Assembly: GCA_963769935.1 (NCBI GenBank)
Contig: CAVYNY010000018.1
Location: 96,001 to 160,000, forward strand
Length of the DNA stretch: 64,000 bases
Direction: 5' to 3'
Source of the DNA: an uncultured delta proteobacterium
GTDB taxonomy: Bacteria; Desulfobacterota; Desulfobacteria; Desulfobacterales; JAFDCJ01
The position numbers were made by a program, and so were the translations under genes. Numbering within the stretch: the first letter of the stretch is position 1; each line of letters opens with the position of its first letter. Below are positions 9,255-19,443 of the stretch, piece after piece. The notes beneath the pieces are model-generated. The model was not told the origin of the DNA. It was given only the letters and a program-made list of their open reading frames with translations, and searched no databases.

Positions 9255-9893
9255 ATGAAAGAAGCGTGTCGATGGGGATTGGTCCTCGGCATCCTGATGT
9301 CGGTCATCGTGGCAGGGTCGTCATCTGCCCAAGCGAATGCGGGCGCGCTGAAATGCGTCGGAATCTACTCGGAAACCGCGGCGGGACAGATCAGCTACAG
9401 AATCGGGACCGGCGACTGGGTGGTTATCAAGGTTGGGGATGTCATTCCCGCCGACGCACAGATTCGGGTAAACGTGGCCCAGGATTGGATCGAGCTGACG
9501 CCTTCCAACAATCCAGACGCTGTCTACAAAATCAGCGGAAGCAGCGCGGGAGACATCGTCCGGACGGTAGCGGACATACAGACGAACTCGCCGAAGGGGG
9601 TCAGCTTTCCGCAGCCAAGCGGAGGCACGCCGGATCCGAAATTCGCGAACAAACTGGTCGTCACTCAGTACAATTCGCGGCACGTTTATCGTCAGCCCGG
9701 GCAGCGAGGCAGGGACATTCAGTACGGTGATGTTCTGGAGGCCAACGGCACGGTGAGCATCATCGCTATCAACACGACCATCACCCTCATGAAAGCAGAC
9801 GGAACTACGATCAACGTCATTGGACCGCTGACGTTCAGCGTCCAGAAGGCGATTGCGGGCGAGAAGCTCTACAAGTTCTTGAATGCGCCGTGA
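9255..9893 (+). CDS. Secreted hypothetical protein with two related beta-rich (FecR-N-like) segments
   Basis: Signal peptide ending AQA; GQISYRIGTGDWVVIKVGDVI resembles HVYRQPGQRGRDIQYGDVL; GGAGG RBS. Confidence 0.7.
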   Translation: MKEACRWGLVLGILMSVIVAGSSSAQANAGALKCVGIYSETAAGQISYRIGTGDWVVIKVGDVIPADAQIRVNVAQDWIELTPSNNPDAVYKISGSSAGDIVRTVADIQTNSPKGVSFPQPSGGTPDPKFANKLVVTQYNSRHVYRQPGQRGRDIQYGDVLEANGTVSIIAINTTITLMKADGTTINVIGPLTFSVQKAIAGEKLYKFLNAP

Positions 9894-10057
9894 TACCCAC
9901 GGAAAGGAGGTGATGAAGGTCGGGCAAGAGAGAGCCCGGCAATTGGACCGGGCCCATGAGTATGGCCAACATGGTCTTTCTTCGACCGGCATCGCCGGTG
10001 GGGGAAGAAATCATCCACGGAAGATAAAAAGGGATCTATTTAGTTAGGAGGTTATTC

Positions 10058-11098
10058 ATGAAGCCAACAGCAAAAGTGCTTTTAGGGATCGCAATCGTCA
10101 TGCTCGTCCTGGGTGGGATGATGTTTGCAGGCGGGCTGAAGGAAGGCAGTTACGCATGGGGAGCGTCAATGTCGGAGAGCGGATTTCCGGCCATCACGCA
10201 TCGGCCGATTGTGGTCGGCTTCTCGCAGATCGGTTCTGAGAGTGAATGGCGAACAGCCGATACGGCGTCCGTCCAGCAGTCATTCAAGAACGATCCAGAG
10301 ATGAAACTGATCTACTCCGACGCACAGCAGAAGCAGGAGAATCAGATACAGGCGCTGCGGTCATTCGTCGCACGCAAGGTCGACGTTATCCTGTTCACGG
10401 CGCTGGTTGAGACCGGCTACCGCCCGGTTCTCGAGGAGGCAAAGGCCGCTCGCATTCCCGTCATCATGATCGACCGTGATGTCGCAAAGGAGGATCGTGA
10501 CCTGCGGCTCACAATCATGGGCTCAAATTTCGTGAAGGAGGGCGAGAAGGCCGCCACCTGGCTCGCGAACTACCTGAAGCAGCAGGGCAAAGACGATGGT
10601 ACCAAGACCATCAACATCGTCGAGCTCCAGGGGACCACCGGCTCGGCTCCCGCTATCGATCGGTACAACGGTTTCCGCAACATCATGAAAGATCATCCCA
10701 ACTGGACAATCACCCGTTCCCAGACCGGGAACTTCACGAGCTCAGAGGGCAAGGCGGTCATGGAAGCGTTTTTGAAGGCAGACAAAAACATCGACGTGCT
10801 CTATGCCCACAATGACCAGATGGCGCTCGGCGCGATCCAGGCCATTAAAGAAGCGGGATTGAAGCCCGGCAAAGACATCATCATCGTCTCTATTGACGCC
10901 GTCAAGGGAGCGTTCGAAGCTATGGTGAAGGGCGAGCTGAATGCCTCCATCGAGTGCAACCCGCTCCTCGGACCGCAGGCGCTTCAGGCCGTGCACGATC
11001 TGGCCGACGGGATGAAGCTCCCGGAAAGGATCTGGACGATCGAAGGTGTTTTCGATCAAACCAACGCTGCGGCAGCGCTGCCGACGCGTCAGTACTAG
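10058..11098 (+). CDS. ytfQ: Sugar ABC transporter substrate-binding protein, YtfQ-like (galactofuranose/arabinose)
   Basis: VGFSQIGSESEWR, SDAQQKQENQI, ELQGTTGSAPAIDR, AHNDQMALGAIQA and ECNPLLGP motifs. Confidence 0.85.
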   Translation: MKPTAKVLLGIAIVMLVLGGMMFAGGLKEGSYAWGASMSESGFPAITHRPIVVGFSQIGSESEWRTADTASVQQSFKNDPEMKLIYSDAQQKQENQIQALRSFVARKVDVILFTALVETGYRPVLEEAKAARIPVIMIDRDVAKEDRDLRLTIMGSNFVKEGEKAATWLANYLKQQGKDDGTKTINIVELQGTTGSAPAIDRYNGFRNIMKDHPNWTITRSQTGNFTSSEGKAVMEAFLKADKNIDVLYAHNDQMALGAIQAIKEAGLKPGKDIIIVSIDAVKGAFEAMVKGELNASIECNPLLGPQALQAVHDLADGMKLPERIWTIEGVFDQTNAAAALPTRQY

Positions 11099-11182
11099 CC
11101 GCATATTTGAGCGACACGCAACCTCTCCGGACCGCTTTGATCCTTCGAAGCGGCCCGGATTCAGGTGAGAGGAGGAAGTGAT

Positions 11183-12715
11183 ATGCCGGGCGGCGCCCCA
11201 ATTTTGGAAATGAAGGGCATTCACAAGTCCTTCCCGGGGGTCAAGGCGCTGTCGGGCGTGGATTTCCGCCTCTTCAAGGGCGAAGTGCACGCCGTCATGG
11301 GCCAGAACGGCGCCGGAAAATCCACCCTGGTAAAGGTAATGACCGGCGTGCACCGGCAGGATTCGGGCGAGCTGCTGCTTGAGGGCCGACCGATCAGGCC
11401 CGATTCTCCGTTGGCGGCGCAGCGGTTGGGAATCAGCACGGTCTATCAGGAAATCAACCTCTGCCCCAACCTATCGGTCGCGGAGAACATCTTCATCGGA
11501 AGGCAGCCGATAAAGCTCGGAAGAATCGACTGGAAAAAGATGAACGCACGGGCCCAGGAGCTCTTGCGTAGGCTAAATATCACCGTCAATGTGACGCAAG
11601 TCTTGTCGTCCTATTCAATCGCAATCCAGCAGATGGTCGCCATCGCCCGAGTGTTGGACATCTCATCGAAGATCCTGATTCTGGACGAGCCAACTTCCAG
11701 CTTGGATGAGAACGAGGTCGGGCTTCTTTTCAGCGTCATCCGCTCCTTGCGCGATGGTGGAATGGCGATTCTGTTCATTACCCACTTCCTCGATCAAACC
11801 TACCAGATTTCGGATCGCATTACGATATTGAAAAACGGAACTTTCGTCGGCGAATATGCGACCCAGAGTCTTCCCAAGCTCGATCTCATATCTAAGATGC
11901 TCGGCAAGGAATTGTCCGAGTTCGACTACGCTTCCAATGGCACACGAAAAAAGCGAAATCTCGCATTGGCTGCAGATGATGCTGTGCCGCTGTTGAGCGT
12001 CAAGGAGCTGGGGTTGCGGGGTTCTGTAACTCCGTTCAGTCTCGATCTGCACAAAGGCGAGGTGCTTGGATTCGCGGGACTGCTGGGCTCGGGCCGGACC
12101 GAGACAGCGCGGCTCATCTTCGGCGTCGAACGTGCGAGCCAGGGCGAGGTCTCCGTGCAAAGCAAGAGGATCGGCCTGAGCAGCCCGAGAAGCGCCATGC
12201 TCGCGGGAATGAGCTTCTGCCCCGAAGACCGAAAGAACGAGGGGATCTTTTCCGAGCTTTCCGTTCGAGAGAACATCATCCTGGCGCTGCAGGGAAGCCG
12301 AGGAATCCTCAAGCATCTCTCAGCCCAGAGACAGCTGGAAATTGCCGACGAGCTGATACGGTCCCTTGGGATCATCACACCGAGCGCAAACAGCGTGGCC
12401 GGCCAACTCAGCGGGGGAAACCAGCAGAAGGTGATGCTCGCGCGGTGGCTCGCTACCCGTCCCATCATCCTTATCCTCGACGAGCCGACGCGAGGAATCG
12501 ATGTCGGCGCCAAGCTGGAAGTCATGGCGCTGATTCTCAAGCTTAGCAACGAGGGAATGGGGGTCATCTTCATCTCGGCAGAATTTGAAGAGGTGCTTCG
12601 CTGCAGCGACCGAATCGCGATTCTGAAAGACCGCGCCAAAATCGCTGAGCTCCAGGGCGACGATATGACGGAGGCAAACATTTTGCGTGTCATCGCGGAG
12701 GAAACACAGGAATGA
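11183..12715 (+). CDS. ytfR: Sugar ABC transporter ATP-binding protein with two NBDs, YtfR-like
   Basis: GQNGAGKST, ILILDEPT, GLLGSGRTE, LSGGNQQK and DEPTRGIDVGAK motifs. Confidence 0.88.
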   Translation: MPGGAPILEMKGIHKSFPGVKALSGVDFRLFKGEVHAVMGQNGAGKSTLVKVMTGVHRQDSGELLLEGRPIRPDSPLAAQRLGISTVYQEINLCPNLSVAENIFIGRQPIKLGRIDWKKMNARAQELLRRLNITVNVTQVLSSYSIAIQQMVAIARVLDISSKILILDEPTSSLDENEVGLLFSVIRSLRDGGMAILFITHFLDQTYQISDRITILKNGTFVGEYATQSLPKLDLISKMLGKELSEFDYASNGTRKKRNLALAADDAVPLLSVKELGLRGSVTPFSLDLHKGEVLGFAGLLGSGRTETARLIFGVERASQGEVSVQSKRIGLSSPRSAMLAGMSFCPEDRKNEGIFSELSVRENIILALQGSRGILKHLSAQRQLEIADELIRSLGIITPSANSVAGQLSGGNQQKVMLARWLATRPIILILDEPTRGIDVGAKLEVMALILKLSNEGMGVIFISAEFEEVLRCSDRIAILKDRAKIAELQGDDMTEANILRVIAEETQE

Positions 12716-13761
12716 CATCGTTCCATCCCATACGTTCCGTATTCGCAGCACGGGATGCAAGCAAAAGCATGATCCTATGGTCCCTCGTAGCCCTGGGCTG
12801 CCTCTTCCTGTTCAACCTGTTTTTTACCCCTCACTTCTTCAGCCTCGAGATCAAAGAGGGACACCTATACGGCAACCTTATTGATATTCTAAAGAACGGC
12901 GCGCCGATCATGTTGCTTGCCATCGGGATGACACTTGTCATCGCCACTCGCGGCATCGATATCTCCGTGGGCTCTGTGGTCGCGATTTCCGCAGGTACCG
13001 TTGCAATTTTGCTCGGTGGTGATCTGGCGGGGCATGCAAAGACCCCCCTTGCGATCGCAATGGGCGCTGCTCTATTGATCTCGATTGCCGCCGGAGCGTG
13101 GAATGGGATGCTGGTCTCGCGAATCGGGATGCAGCCCATTATCGCCACGCTGATCTTGTTTGTCGCAGGACGCGGGATCGCAATGGTCTTTACGAATGCA
13201 ATGGTCATCTGGCTCTACGTAAAGCCCTTTGCGCTCCTGGGGCAGGGCTACGTCTTGGGCTTGCCCTTCTCCATCTACATCGTGGGTTTCGTGTTGATCG
13301 TAACGGCGCTCTTTACACGAAGAACAGCGCTCGGCCTCTTCATAGAAGCCGTAGGCATAAACCCTCAGGCTGCCCGCCTTAGCGGCATTAACTCCAAGAA
13401 CATTCTCTTGCTGGTTTACACCTTCAGTGGATTGTGCGCGGGGATATCCGGGTTGATTGTCTGCTCGACCGTCATGAGCGCGGATGGTAACAACGCGGGC
13501 AATCTCTTTGAGCTCGATGCCATTCTCGCCGTTGTGCTGGGCGGCACGTCGCTCAACGGCGGCAAGTTCACGCTCATCGGCAGCATGATCGGCGCTCTCA
13601 TCATCCAGACGCTGACAACCACCATCTATGCATTCAACGTTCCTCCTGAGATTTCCCAGGTGGTCAAGGCGTTAGTTGTCTACGCCGTATGCCTGCTGCA
13701 GTCAGCGGAATTCCGGGGTCGGGTTGCAGGATTGTTCGGCAGAAAGGCGGCTACGGCATGA
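12712..13761 (+). CDS. ytfT: Sugar ABC transporter permease, YtfT-like
   Basis: GMTLVIATRGIDISVGS, QPIIATL, ADGNNAG and ELDAILAVVLGG motifs. Confidence 0.85.
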   Translation: MTSFHPIRSVFAARDASKSMILWSLVALGCLFLFNLFFTPHFFSLEIKEGHLYGNLIDILKNGAPIMLLAIGMTLVIATRGIDISVGSVVAISAGTVAILLGGDLAGHAKTPLAIAMGAALLISIAAGAWNGMLVSRIGMQPIIATLILFVAGRGIAMVFTNAMVIWLYVKPFALLGQGYVLGLPFSIYIVGFVLIVTALFTRRTALGLFIEAVGINPQAARLSGINSKNILLLVYTFSGLCAGISGLIVCSTVMSADGNNAGNLFELDAILAVVLGGTSLNGGKFTLIGSMIGALIIQTLTTTIYAFNVPPEISQVVKALVVYAVCLLQSAEFRGRVAGLFGRKAATA

Positions 13762-14780
13762 AAAGGAAACCTCTTATTGATCCCCGCAACCTACCGGTTC
13801 TCGTAACCTTGGGGCTGTTCATCGTCATGTTCGGGCTCGGGTCGATTGCATTCACGAATTTCTTCTCGATGCAGAACTTCTTCAACCTCTTTATCAACAA
13901 TGCGTACCTGCTCGCTCTTGCGGTCGGCATGACCTTCGTCATCATATCGGGCGGCATCGATCTTTCGGTCGGCTCCATGCTTGCCCTATCAACGATGGTG
14001 TCGGCGAGCCTTGTTGAAAAGTCGCACATGAGTCCCGCCATCGTAATACCGATCGTCCTCTTGATGGGGGTAGTGTTCGGCCTCTTCATGGGCTACCTCA
14101 TCCAGGCCTTCAACATACCGCCCTTCATCGTTACCTTGGCCGGTCTGTACCTGTTCCGTGGGCTGTGTTACGTGGTCAGTATCGACACGATCGCCTTTAA
14201 AAACGATTTCTACCAAACAGTCGCGCGCACCCGCCTGGCAATTATCGGGGAGAACTTTCTTTCGCCGGGCGCAATTGTCGCGCTCGTTGCCGTCCTTGCA
14301 GGTTTGTTCGTTTCCCGCTATACGAAGTTCGGAAGGACCGTCTACGCAATCGGTGGCAACGAGCAGTCCGCAATTCTCATGGGTCTTCCAGTGGTGCGAA
14401 CGAAAATGGCGATTTACGCGGTGAGCGGCTTCTGCTCGGCGCTGGCCGGAATCATCTTCACCTTCTTCACGCTCTCCGGCTACGCGTTGGACGGAAAGGG
14501 GATGGAGCTAGACGCGATTGCGACCGTTGTCATCGGCGGCACCTTGTTGACCGGCGGGGCGGGCAGCATCTTAGGCTCGCTCTTGGGCGTGCTTGTATAT
14601 GGCACAATTCAGGTGCTCATTGTCTTCCAGGGAACGCTCAATTCCTGGTGGACGCGAATCGTGATCGGCTTCCTCTTTTTCGCGGTCTGCTTTATGCAGC
14701 GTATCTTCGAATCGGCGCGAGGCGCCGCCCCGAGAAGGGCGATCCCGAAAGCGTCGGAAAGCGTTTCTGCCGAAAGATAG
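13758..14780 (+). CDS. yjfF: Sugar ABC transporter permease, YjfF-like
   Basis: GMTFVIISGGIDLSVGS, YAIGGNEQSAILMGLPV and LNSWWTRI motifs; ATGA overlap with the upstream permease. Confidence 0.85.
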   Translation: MKRKPLIDPRNLPVLVTLGLFIVMFGLGSIAFTNFFSMQNFFNLFINNAYLLALAVGMTFVIISGGIDLSVGSMLALSTMVSASLVEKSHMSPAIVIPIVLLMGVVFGLFMGYLIQAFNIPPFIVTLAGLYLFRGLCYVVSIDTIAFKNDFYQTVARTRLAIIGENFLSPGAIVALVAVLAGLFVSRYTKFGRTVYAIGGNEQSAILMGLPVVRTKMAIYAVSGFCSALAGIIFTFFTLSGYALDGKGMELDAIATVVIGGTLLTGGAGSILGSLLGVLVYGTIQVLIVFQGTLNSWWTRIVIGFLFFAVCFMQRIFESARGAAPRRAIPKASESVSAER

Positions 14781-14847
14781 CATGGATCTCCCTTCTCCCT
14801 GGGCCGTACCGTCGCAGCGGGACTATTTCCGGATGGACAGTAACTTA

Positions 14848-15006
14848 TACAGAGAAGACCATAATTAAGTAGACATAGAAGATGTCCGGGTCAGCCACCA
14901 TGGTTTTAATAATTTCGAAATGGCATTCGGCGCAGGGTATTCGGTGCACGGTGAAGGTTTGTTTTCGATTTTGAATACATTTATGTCTATTAATTTATGC
15001 TCGGCT
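14848..15006 (+). repeat. ~160-bp dispersed MITE-like repeat A, copy 1
   Basis: Co-linear with 21344-21501; subterminal inverted repeat cataattaagtagacata / tatgtctattaatttatg. Confidence 0.88.
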
Positions 15007-15056
15007 TATTAATCCCCAATTGGGACTAAATTGGGATTACAGAAAGGAGGAGCGCA

Positions 15057-16064
15057 ATGGCAAAACGAACCACTATAATTTTACTGGTACTAATGCTGAT
15101 CGTCGGCGCGGCGCTGACGGACATTGGGGTTGCGAACGCCCAAGCCGCCGGCAAACAGTTTGAAGGCATCCGGATCGTTTTTTTCCCCGGCGGCAGTGAA
15201 GGGGGACCCTTTGCGTCGGTGGTTTACCGCGGCGCCAAAGCCGCTGAGGAAGATCTCGGCTGCATGGTGGATTACGTCTGGTCGGGTTGGCTGCCTGATA
15301 AAATGGTGGCGCAGTTCAAAGATGCGATTGCCAGGAGGCCGGACGGCATCGCCATCATGGGCCACCCGGGAGTTGCCGCTTATGCGCCGCTGGTGGACGA
15401 GGCGGAGTCCAAAGGCATTATTGTGACCAGCCAGAACACCACGCTGCCGGCGATCGAAGACAAATACAAGGCCCGGGGCTTTGGCTATGTCGGGCAGGAA
15501 CTCTATCCTTCCGGCGTCATGCTGGCCAAAGGTGCGGCTCAAAGAGCCGGTCTGAAAAAAGGTGACCGGGCCATGGTCTGGGGGCTGCTGGGGCAGGAAA
15601 CCCGGGGGCTGAGGACCAAAGGCTGTATCGATGCGCTCAAGCAGCTGGGAGTCACGGTCGATTATATCGAAATCTCGGATGCCGTTAACAGTGATGCGTC
15701 GCTGGGCACGCCGGTGGTTGCCAGCTATATCGCCACCCACCCGGATGTAAAACTGCTCATCACGGACCACGGTGCGTTGACCGCCACGCTGGGCACCTAC
15801 CTGAATGGCGCCCGCAAAAAACCGGGTGATATTTACACCGCCGGGTTTGATTTGAGTGCAGCCACCGCCGCGGCCATCACGGAAGGCTGGGTCGGCTGTG
15901 TTCTCGATCAGCAACCGTGGCTTCAAGGGTACCTGCCGATCCTGCAGATCTGCCTGACCAAAAAATACGGCTTTGCCGGTCTGCATATTGATACGGGCGC
16001 TGCCATCATCGATAAGACGAATATCGATTTTGTTGCGCCGCTGGCGGAAAAAGGCATCCGCTAA
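15057..16064 (+). CDS. Sugar/polyol ABC transporter substrate-binding protein
   Basis: Signal peptide; periplasmic-binding class I motifs GYVGQ, AGFD and DQQPWLQGY. Confidence 0.88.
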   Translation: MAKRTTIILLVLMLIVGAALTDIGVANAQAAGKQFEGIRIVFFPGGSEGGPFASVVYRGAKAAEEDLGCMVDYVWSGWLPDKMVAQFKDAIARRPDGIAIMGHPGVAAYAPLVDEAESKGIIVTSQNTTLPAIEDKYKARGFGYVGQELYPSGVMLAKGAAQRAGLKKGDRAMVWGLLGQETRGLRTKGCIDALKQLGVTVDYIEISDAVNSDASLGTPVVASYIATHPDVKLLITDHGALTATLGTYLNGARKKPGDIYTAGFDLSAATAAAITEGWVGCVLDQQPWLQGYLPILQICLTKKYGFAGLHIDTGAAIIDKTNIDFVAPLAEKGIR

Positions 16065-16075
16065 AAGGAGACCAG

Positions 16076-16855
16076 ATGGCCGCCGCGAATTCCGATCTTG
16101 CGTTGCTGTCCATGTCGAACATTTCAAAATCCTTTGGCGAGGTGGATGTGCTCACCAATGTCGATTTCGCGGTCGGCACGAATGAAATCGTCGGCCTGGT
16201 GGGCGACAACGGCGCCGGCAAATCCACCTTGATCAAAATCATCACCGGTGTGCATCCACCCACCGCCGGCGAGATTTACTTCAAAGGCGAGAAAATCACC
16301 CGGCATTCGGTCAAGCGCTCCCGCCGCCTGGGCATCGAAACCGTCTATCAGGAAAGGGCACTGGCCGATCAGCAGGCGCTCTGGCGCAATGTATTTGCCG
16401 GACGGGAGCTGACCTATAAATTCGGCTTTCTTAAAGTCAAACAGCAAAAAGCGGAAACCGACCGGCTGATCCGGGAGCATATGGGGTTTACCTCTAAAGC
16501 CATTGCCACGGATTCCATGGTTTTATCCCTGTCCGGCGGCGAGAAGCAGGGGATTGCTATCGGCCGCGCTCTTTACTTCGAAGCGGATTTAATCATTCTC
16601 GATGAGCCGACCATGGGCCTTTCCCTCTCCGAGACCCGCAAAGTGCTGGATTTTGTCCGCAACATCAAAAGGCAGGGAAAATCGGCCATCTTTATCAGCC
16701 ACAATATTTACTATGTATATCCGGTGGCCGACCGGTTCGTTATTCTGGACCGCGGCAGCGTGGCCGGAGAATTCTTGAAAGAAGACATTTCTCAGGAGGA
16801 TCTTGTTGAAAAGATGGTTCAGCTGGCACGCACGGGGAAATTGAGTCCGTATTGA
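16076..16855 (+). CDS. Sugar ABC transporter ATP-binding protein (single NBD)
   Basis: GDNGAGKST, LSGGEKQ, IILDEPT and ISH motifs. Confidence 0.92.
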   Translation: MAAANSDLALLSMSNISKSFGEVDVLTNVDFAVGTNEIVGLVGDNGAGKSTLIKIITGVHPPTAGEIYFKGEKITRHSVKRSRRLGIETVYQERALADQQALWRNVFAGRELTYKFGFLKVKQQKAETDRLIREHMGFTSKAIATDSMVLSLSGGEKQGIAIGRALYFEADLIILDEPTMGLSLSETRKVLDFVRNIKRQGKSAIFISHNIYYVYPVADRFVILDRGSVAGEFLKEDISQEDLVEKMVQLARTGKLSPY

Positions 16856-17024
16856 ACAGAAAATGCCCCCTGCGGCGAAAATTGCGGAATGGGCAAAAAG
16901 AATCCGCCGGCGGACCGTGTTCTCAGTGCCTTGTGGTGAAAAGATATTACTGCTAATACGTCACCGCAATTATGAATAAGAGCACTAAATGATTGCTTTA
17001 TTTTAAAAATCTGAGGATAGCCGG

Positions 17025-17984
17025 TTGAAAACAGCTACAATGCGACAGGCAAGGCTGGAGCTGAGTATCGCCGCCGTAATGGTGGGTATCTTTTTGCTGT
17101 TTATTGTCGGCAACCCCAGGGTGTTTACGCGATTTGATATCTACTACTCCTTCATGTCGACCATTCCGTTTTTCGGGATTATGGCCCTGGCCATGACGCC
17201 GGTGGTAACCCTGGGTGAGATGGATCTCTCCTTTCCCTCCGTGCTGGCCCTGTCCGCTCTTCTTTTCGGCAAGGTCTTTATGCTGACGGGAAACATCTGG
17301 CTGGCCGTCCTGGTGTGTCTGACAATCGGCCTGCTGGCCGGGGCCGTGAACGCTGTTCTGATCGTTCGGGTGGGAATACCATCACTGGTGGCCACCATCG
17401 GAACCATGTTCTTTTTTCGCGGCATGGTCAACGTCATCGCCCAGGGTAAGGGAATACCGCTCGTCGCAGCGAAAACGACCCTGGTTTACAGTTTGGCGGT
17501 CGGGCGAATCGGCGGCGTTGTCCCGGCCCAGGCGGTATGGATGCTGGTGCTGGGCATTGCCTTCTGGCTATTGATGAATCGTCACCGATTCGGCTCCCAC
17601 ATTCTTTTTGTCGGCGACAACATGGATAGCTCCCGCATGATGGGCATCAACGTTGAACGGGTGAAAACGATCGTCTTTATGCAGATGGGGTTTTTTGCGG
17701 CGTTTGCCGGGATATTATCCACGCTTGAAGTCACCTACTTCTGGCCGAGTCAGGGCCAGGGGTATCTGCTGACCACCCTGGCGGCCGTATTCATCGGGGG
17801 CACCTCCGTCTTCGGCGGAATGGGCACGATTTTCGGAACCTTTGCCGGCGCCGTCATCATCGGTTCACTGGAAGCCGGAATCATTGCCATCGGTCTGACC
17901 GGATTCTGGATTCAGCTGATATACGGTTTGATTATCATGGTCTCGGTGTCGATTTACGCGATCCTGTTGAAGCGCAAAGCATAG
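17025..17984 (+). CDS. Sugar ABC transporter permease (RbsC type)
   Basis: GEMDLS, IPSLVATIG and AAVFIGGTSVFGG motifs; hydrophobic. Confidence 0.9.
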   Translation: MKTATMRQARLELSIAAVMVGIFLLFIVGNPRVFTRFDIYYSFMSTIPFFGIMALAMTPVVTLGEMDLSFPSVLALSALLFGKVFMLTGNIWLAVLVCLTIGLLAGAVNAVLIVRVGIPSLVATIGTMFFFRGMVNVIAQGKGIPLVAAKTTLVYSLAVGRIGGVVPAQAVWMLVLGIAFWLLMNRHRFGSHILFVGDNMDSSRMMGINVERVKTIVFMQMGFFAAFAGILSTLEVTYFWPSQGQGYLLTTLAAVFIGGTSVFGGMGTIFGTFAGAVIIGSLEAGIIAIGLTGFWIQLIYGLIIMVSVSIYAILLKRKA

Positions 17985-18000
17985 TACCGCTTAGAAAATT

Positions 18001-18170
18001 TTGATGAATTTGTAAAAAGTCGAATTCATCATGTCTGTGGTATTTGTGTTTGGTGTTTGGTATCAAGTATTCAGCGGCATATGAGGGTGTCAGGTCACTA
18101 AACACAAAATACAAAACACTAAACACTCTCGTAAAAAGATCATTTTTTTGACTTTTTACGAGACCGTCAA
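18001..18170. mobile_element. MITE-like element with ~21-bp imperfect terminal inverted repeats and internal 7-nt periodic inverted arms
   Basis: TTGATGAATTTGTAAAAAGTC ... GACTTTTTACGAGACCGTCAA; internal gtgtttggtgtttggtat / aacacaaaatacaaaacactaaacac. Confidence 0.7.
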
Positions 18171-18195
18171 TTTCGACGAAGGGAGTTCAACATAT

Positions 18196-19203
18196 ATGAA
18201 AGTCTTACGTTTGCACGCGGTCGGCGATTTACGACTGCATGATGAAAATGATCCGCTTCCCAATGACGATGAGAGTTTGCTGCGTATAACGGCAGTCGGG
18301 ATTTGCGGGTCCGATTTACATTGGTATGAGGAGGCCGGCATTGGCGATGCGCATTTAAAAAGACCGCTTGTTCTCGGCCACGAGTTTGCGGGAATCATTG
18401 ATTCCGGAGATCAGCAGGGCCGGATAGCAGCGGTTGATCCGGCCATTGCCTGCCGGCAATGCCGCTATTGTGAGGAGGGCAACCCCAACCTGTGTGACAA
18501 TGTGCGCTTTGCCGGCCACGATGCGGTGGATGGCGCCCTGCGTGAAAAAATTTGCTGGCCGAAATCCCTGGTGCACGTGTTGCCGGATGAATTTACCGCT
18601 GCCGACGGGGCGATGTTGGAACCGCTGGGAGTTGCCCTGCATGCGTTGTCTTTGGGGCATGTGCTGCCGGGAATGTCGGTCGGCATATTCGGGTGCGGGC
18701 CGATTGGTCTTTTGCTGGTTCAACTTGCGCGGGCGGCCGGCGCGGCTAAAATCATCGCCACCGACCGTTTAGCCAACCGTCTAGATGCGGCCAGGGCATT
18801 TGGTGCTTCCAGCATCATATTGGCGGCCGGCGGCCGGGAAAACGCGGAGGTGGAAGCCGCCGCCCCGGGCGACGGCGTCGATATCGCCTTTGAAGCCGCC
18901 GGCGACAACGAGGCCGTCGCAACAGCGATTCGGGCAACCCGGCCGGGCAGACAGGTTATTCTGATCGGGATTCCGGATGACGATCGAACGGCATTTCCAG
19001 CTTCGATTGCCCGGCGCAAAGGATTGACGCTAAAGCTGGTGCGAAGGATGAAACACACCTACCCGCTCGCCATTCGGATGGTGCAAAGCGGCGTTGTGGA
19101 CGTCCGGTCCATAGTAACACACCGCTTTCCATTATCCGAATACAAAACGGCCTTTGAAACTGCCAAAAAAAGAGAAGGCCTAAAGATTGTTATCGAACCA
19201 TAA
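18196..19203 (+). CDS. Zinc-binding polyol dehydrogenase (L-iditol/xylitol/arabitol-type MDR)
   Basis: GICGSDLH, LGHEF, CRQCRYCEEGNPNLC, MLEPL and GCGPIG motifs. Confidence 0.9.
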   Translation: MKVLRLHAVGDLRLHDENDPLPNDDESLLRITAVGICGSDLHWYEEAGIGDAHLKRPLVLGHEFAGIIDSGDQQGRIAAVDPAIACRQCRYCEEGNPNLCDNVRFAGHDAVDGALREKICWPKSLVHVLPDEFTAADGAMLEPLGVALHALSLGHVLPGMSVGIFGCGPIGLLLVQLARAAGAAKIIATDRLANRLDAARAFGASSIILAAGGRENAEVEAAAPGDGVDIAFEAAGDNEAVATAIRATRPGRQVILIGIPDDDRTAFPASIARRKGLTLKLVRRMKHTYPLAIRMVQSGVVDVRSIVTHRFPLSEYKTAFETAKKREGLKIVIEP

Positions 19204-19443
19204 TGCCGGAAGCAGATCTTCAAAAAACGAATGTCGAATGTCGATCGTCAAATGGAGGTATTCTGACTATTTTTAGGAATGACCGAGCGCAGTGAAACCA
19301 GCTTTCGAGATGCTGGGATTCGTCATTATGCTGTTCTAAGGTTTGCTGTTCAAACTTGGTGATGTTTCACATGAGCTCGGCCTCTGGCCGCGAGCGTTCA
19401 GTCTGATCAGAAAAAAAACTTTATAATTGGAGAGAAAAAGACG

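Noticed and set aside
9904..10047. Small ORF MKVGQERARQ... after AAGGAGGTG
   Set aside because: The SD-like sequence abuts the ATG with no spacer and the peptide has no recognisable features.
15090..16127. Long antisense ORFs (345 aa here; also 11926-12726, 53182-54018 and others)
   Set aside because: They are shadow frames of well-supported GC-rich genes and contain no motifs.
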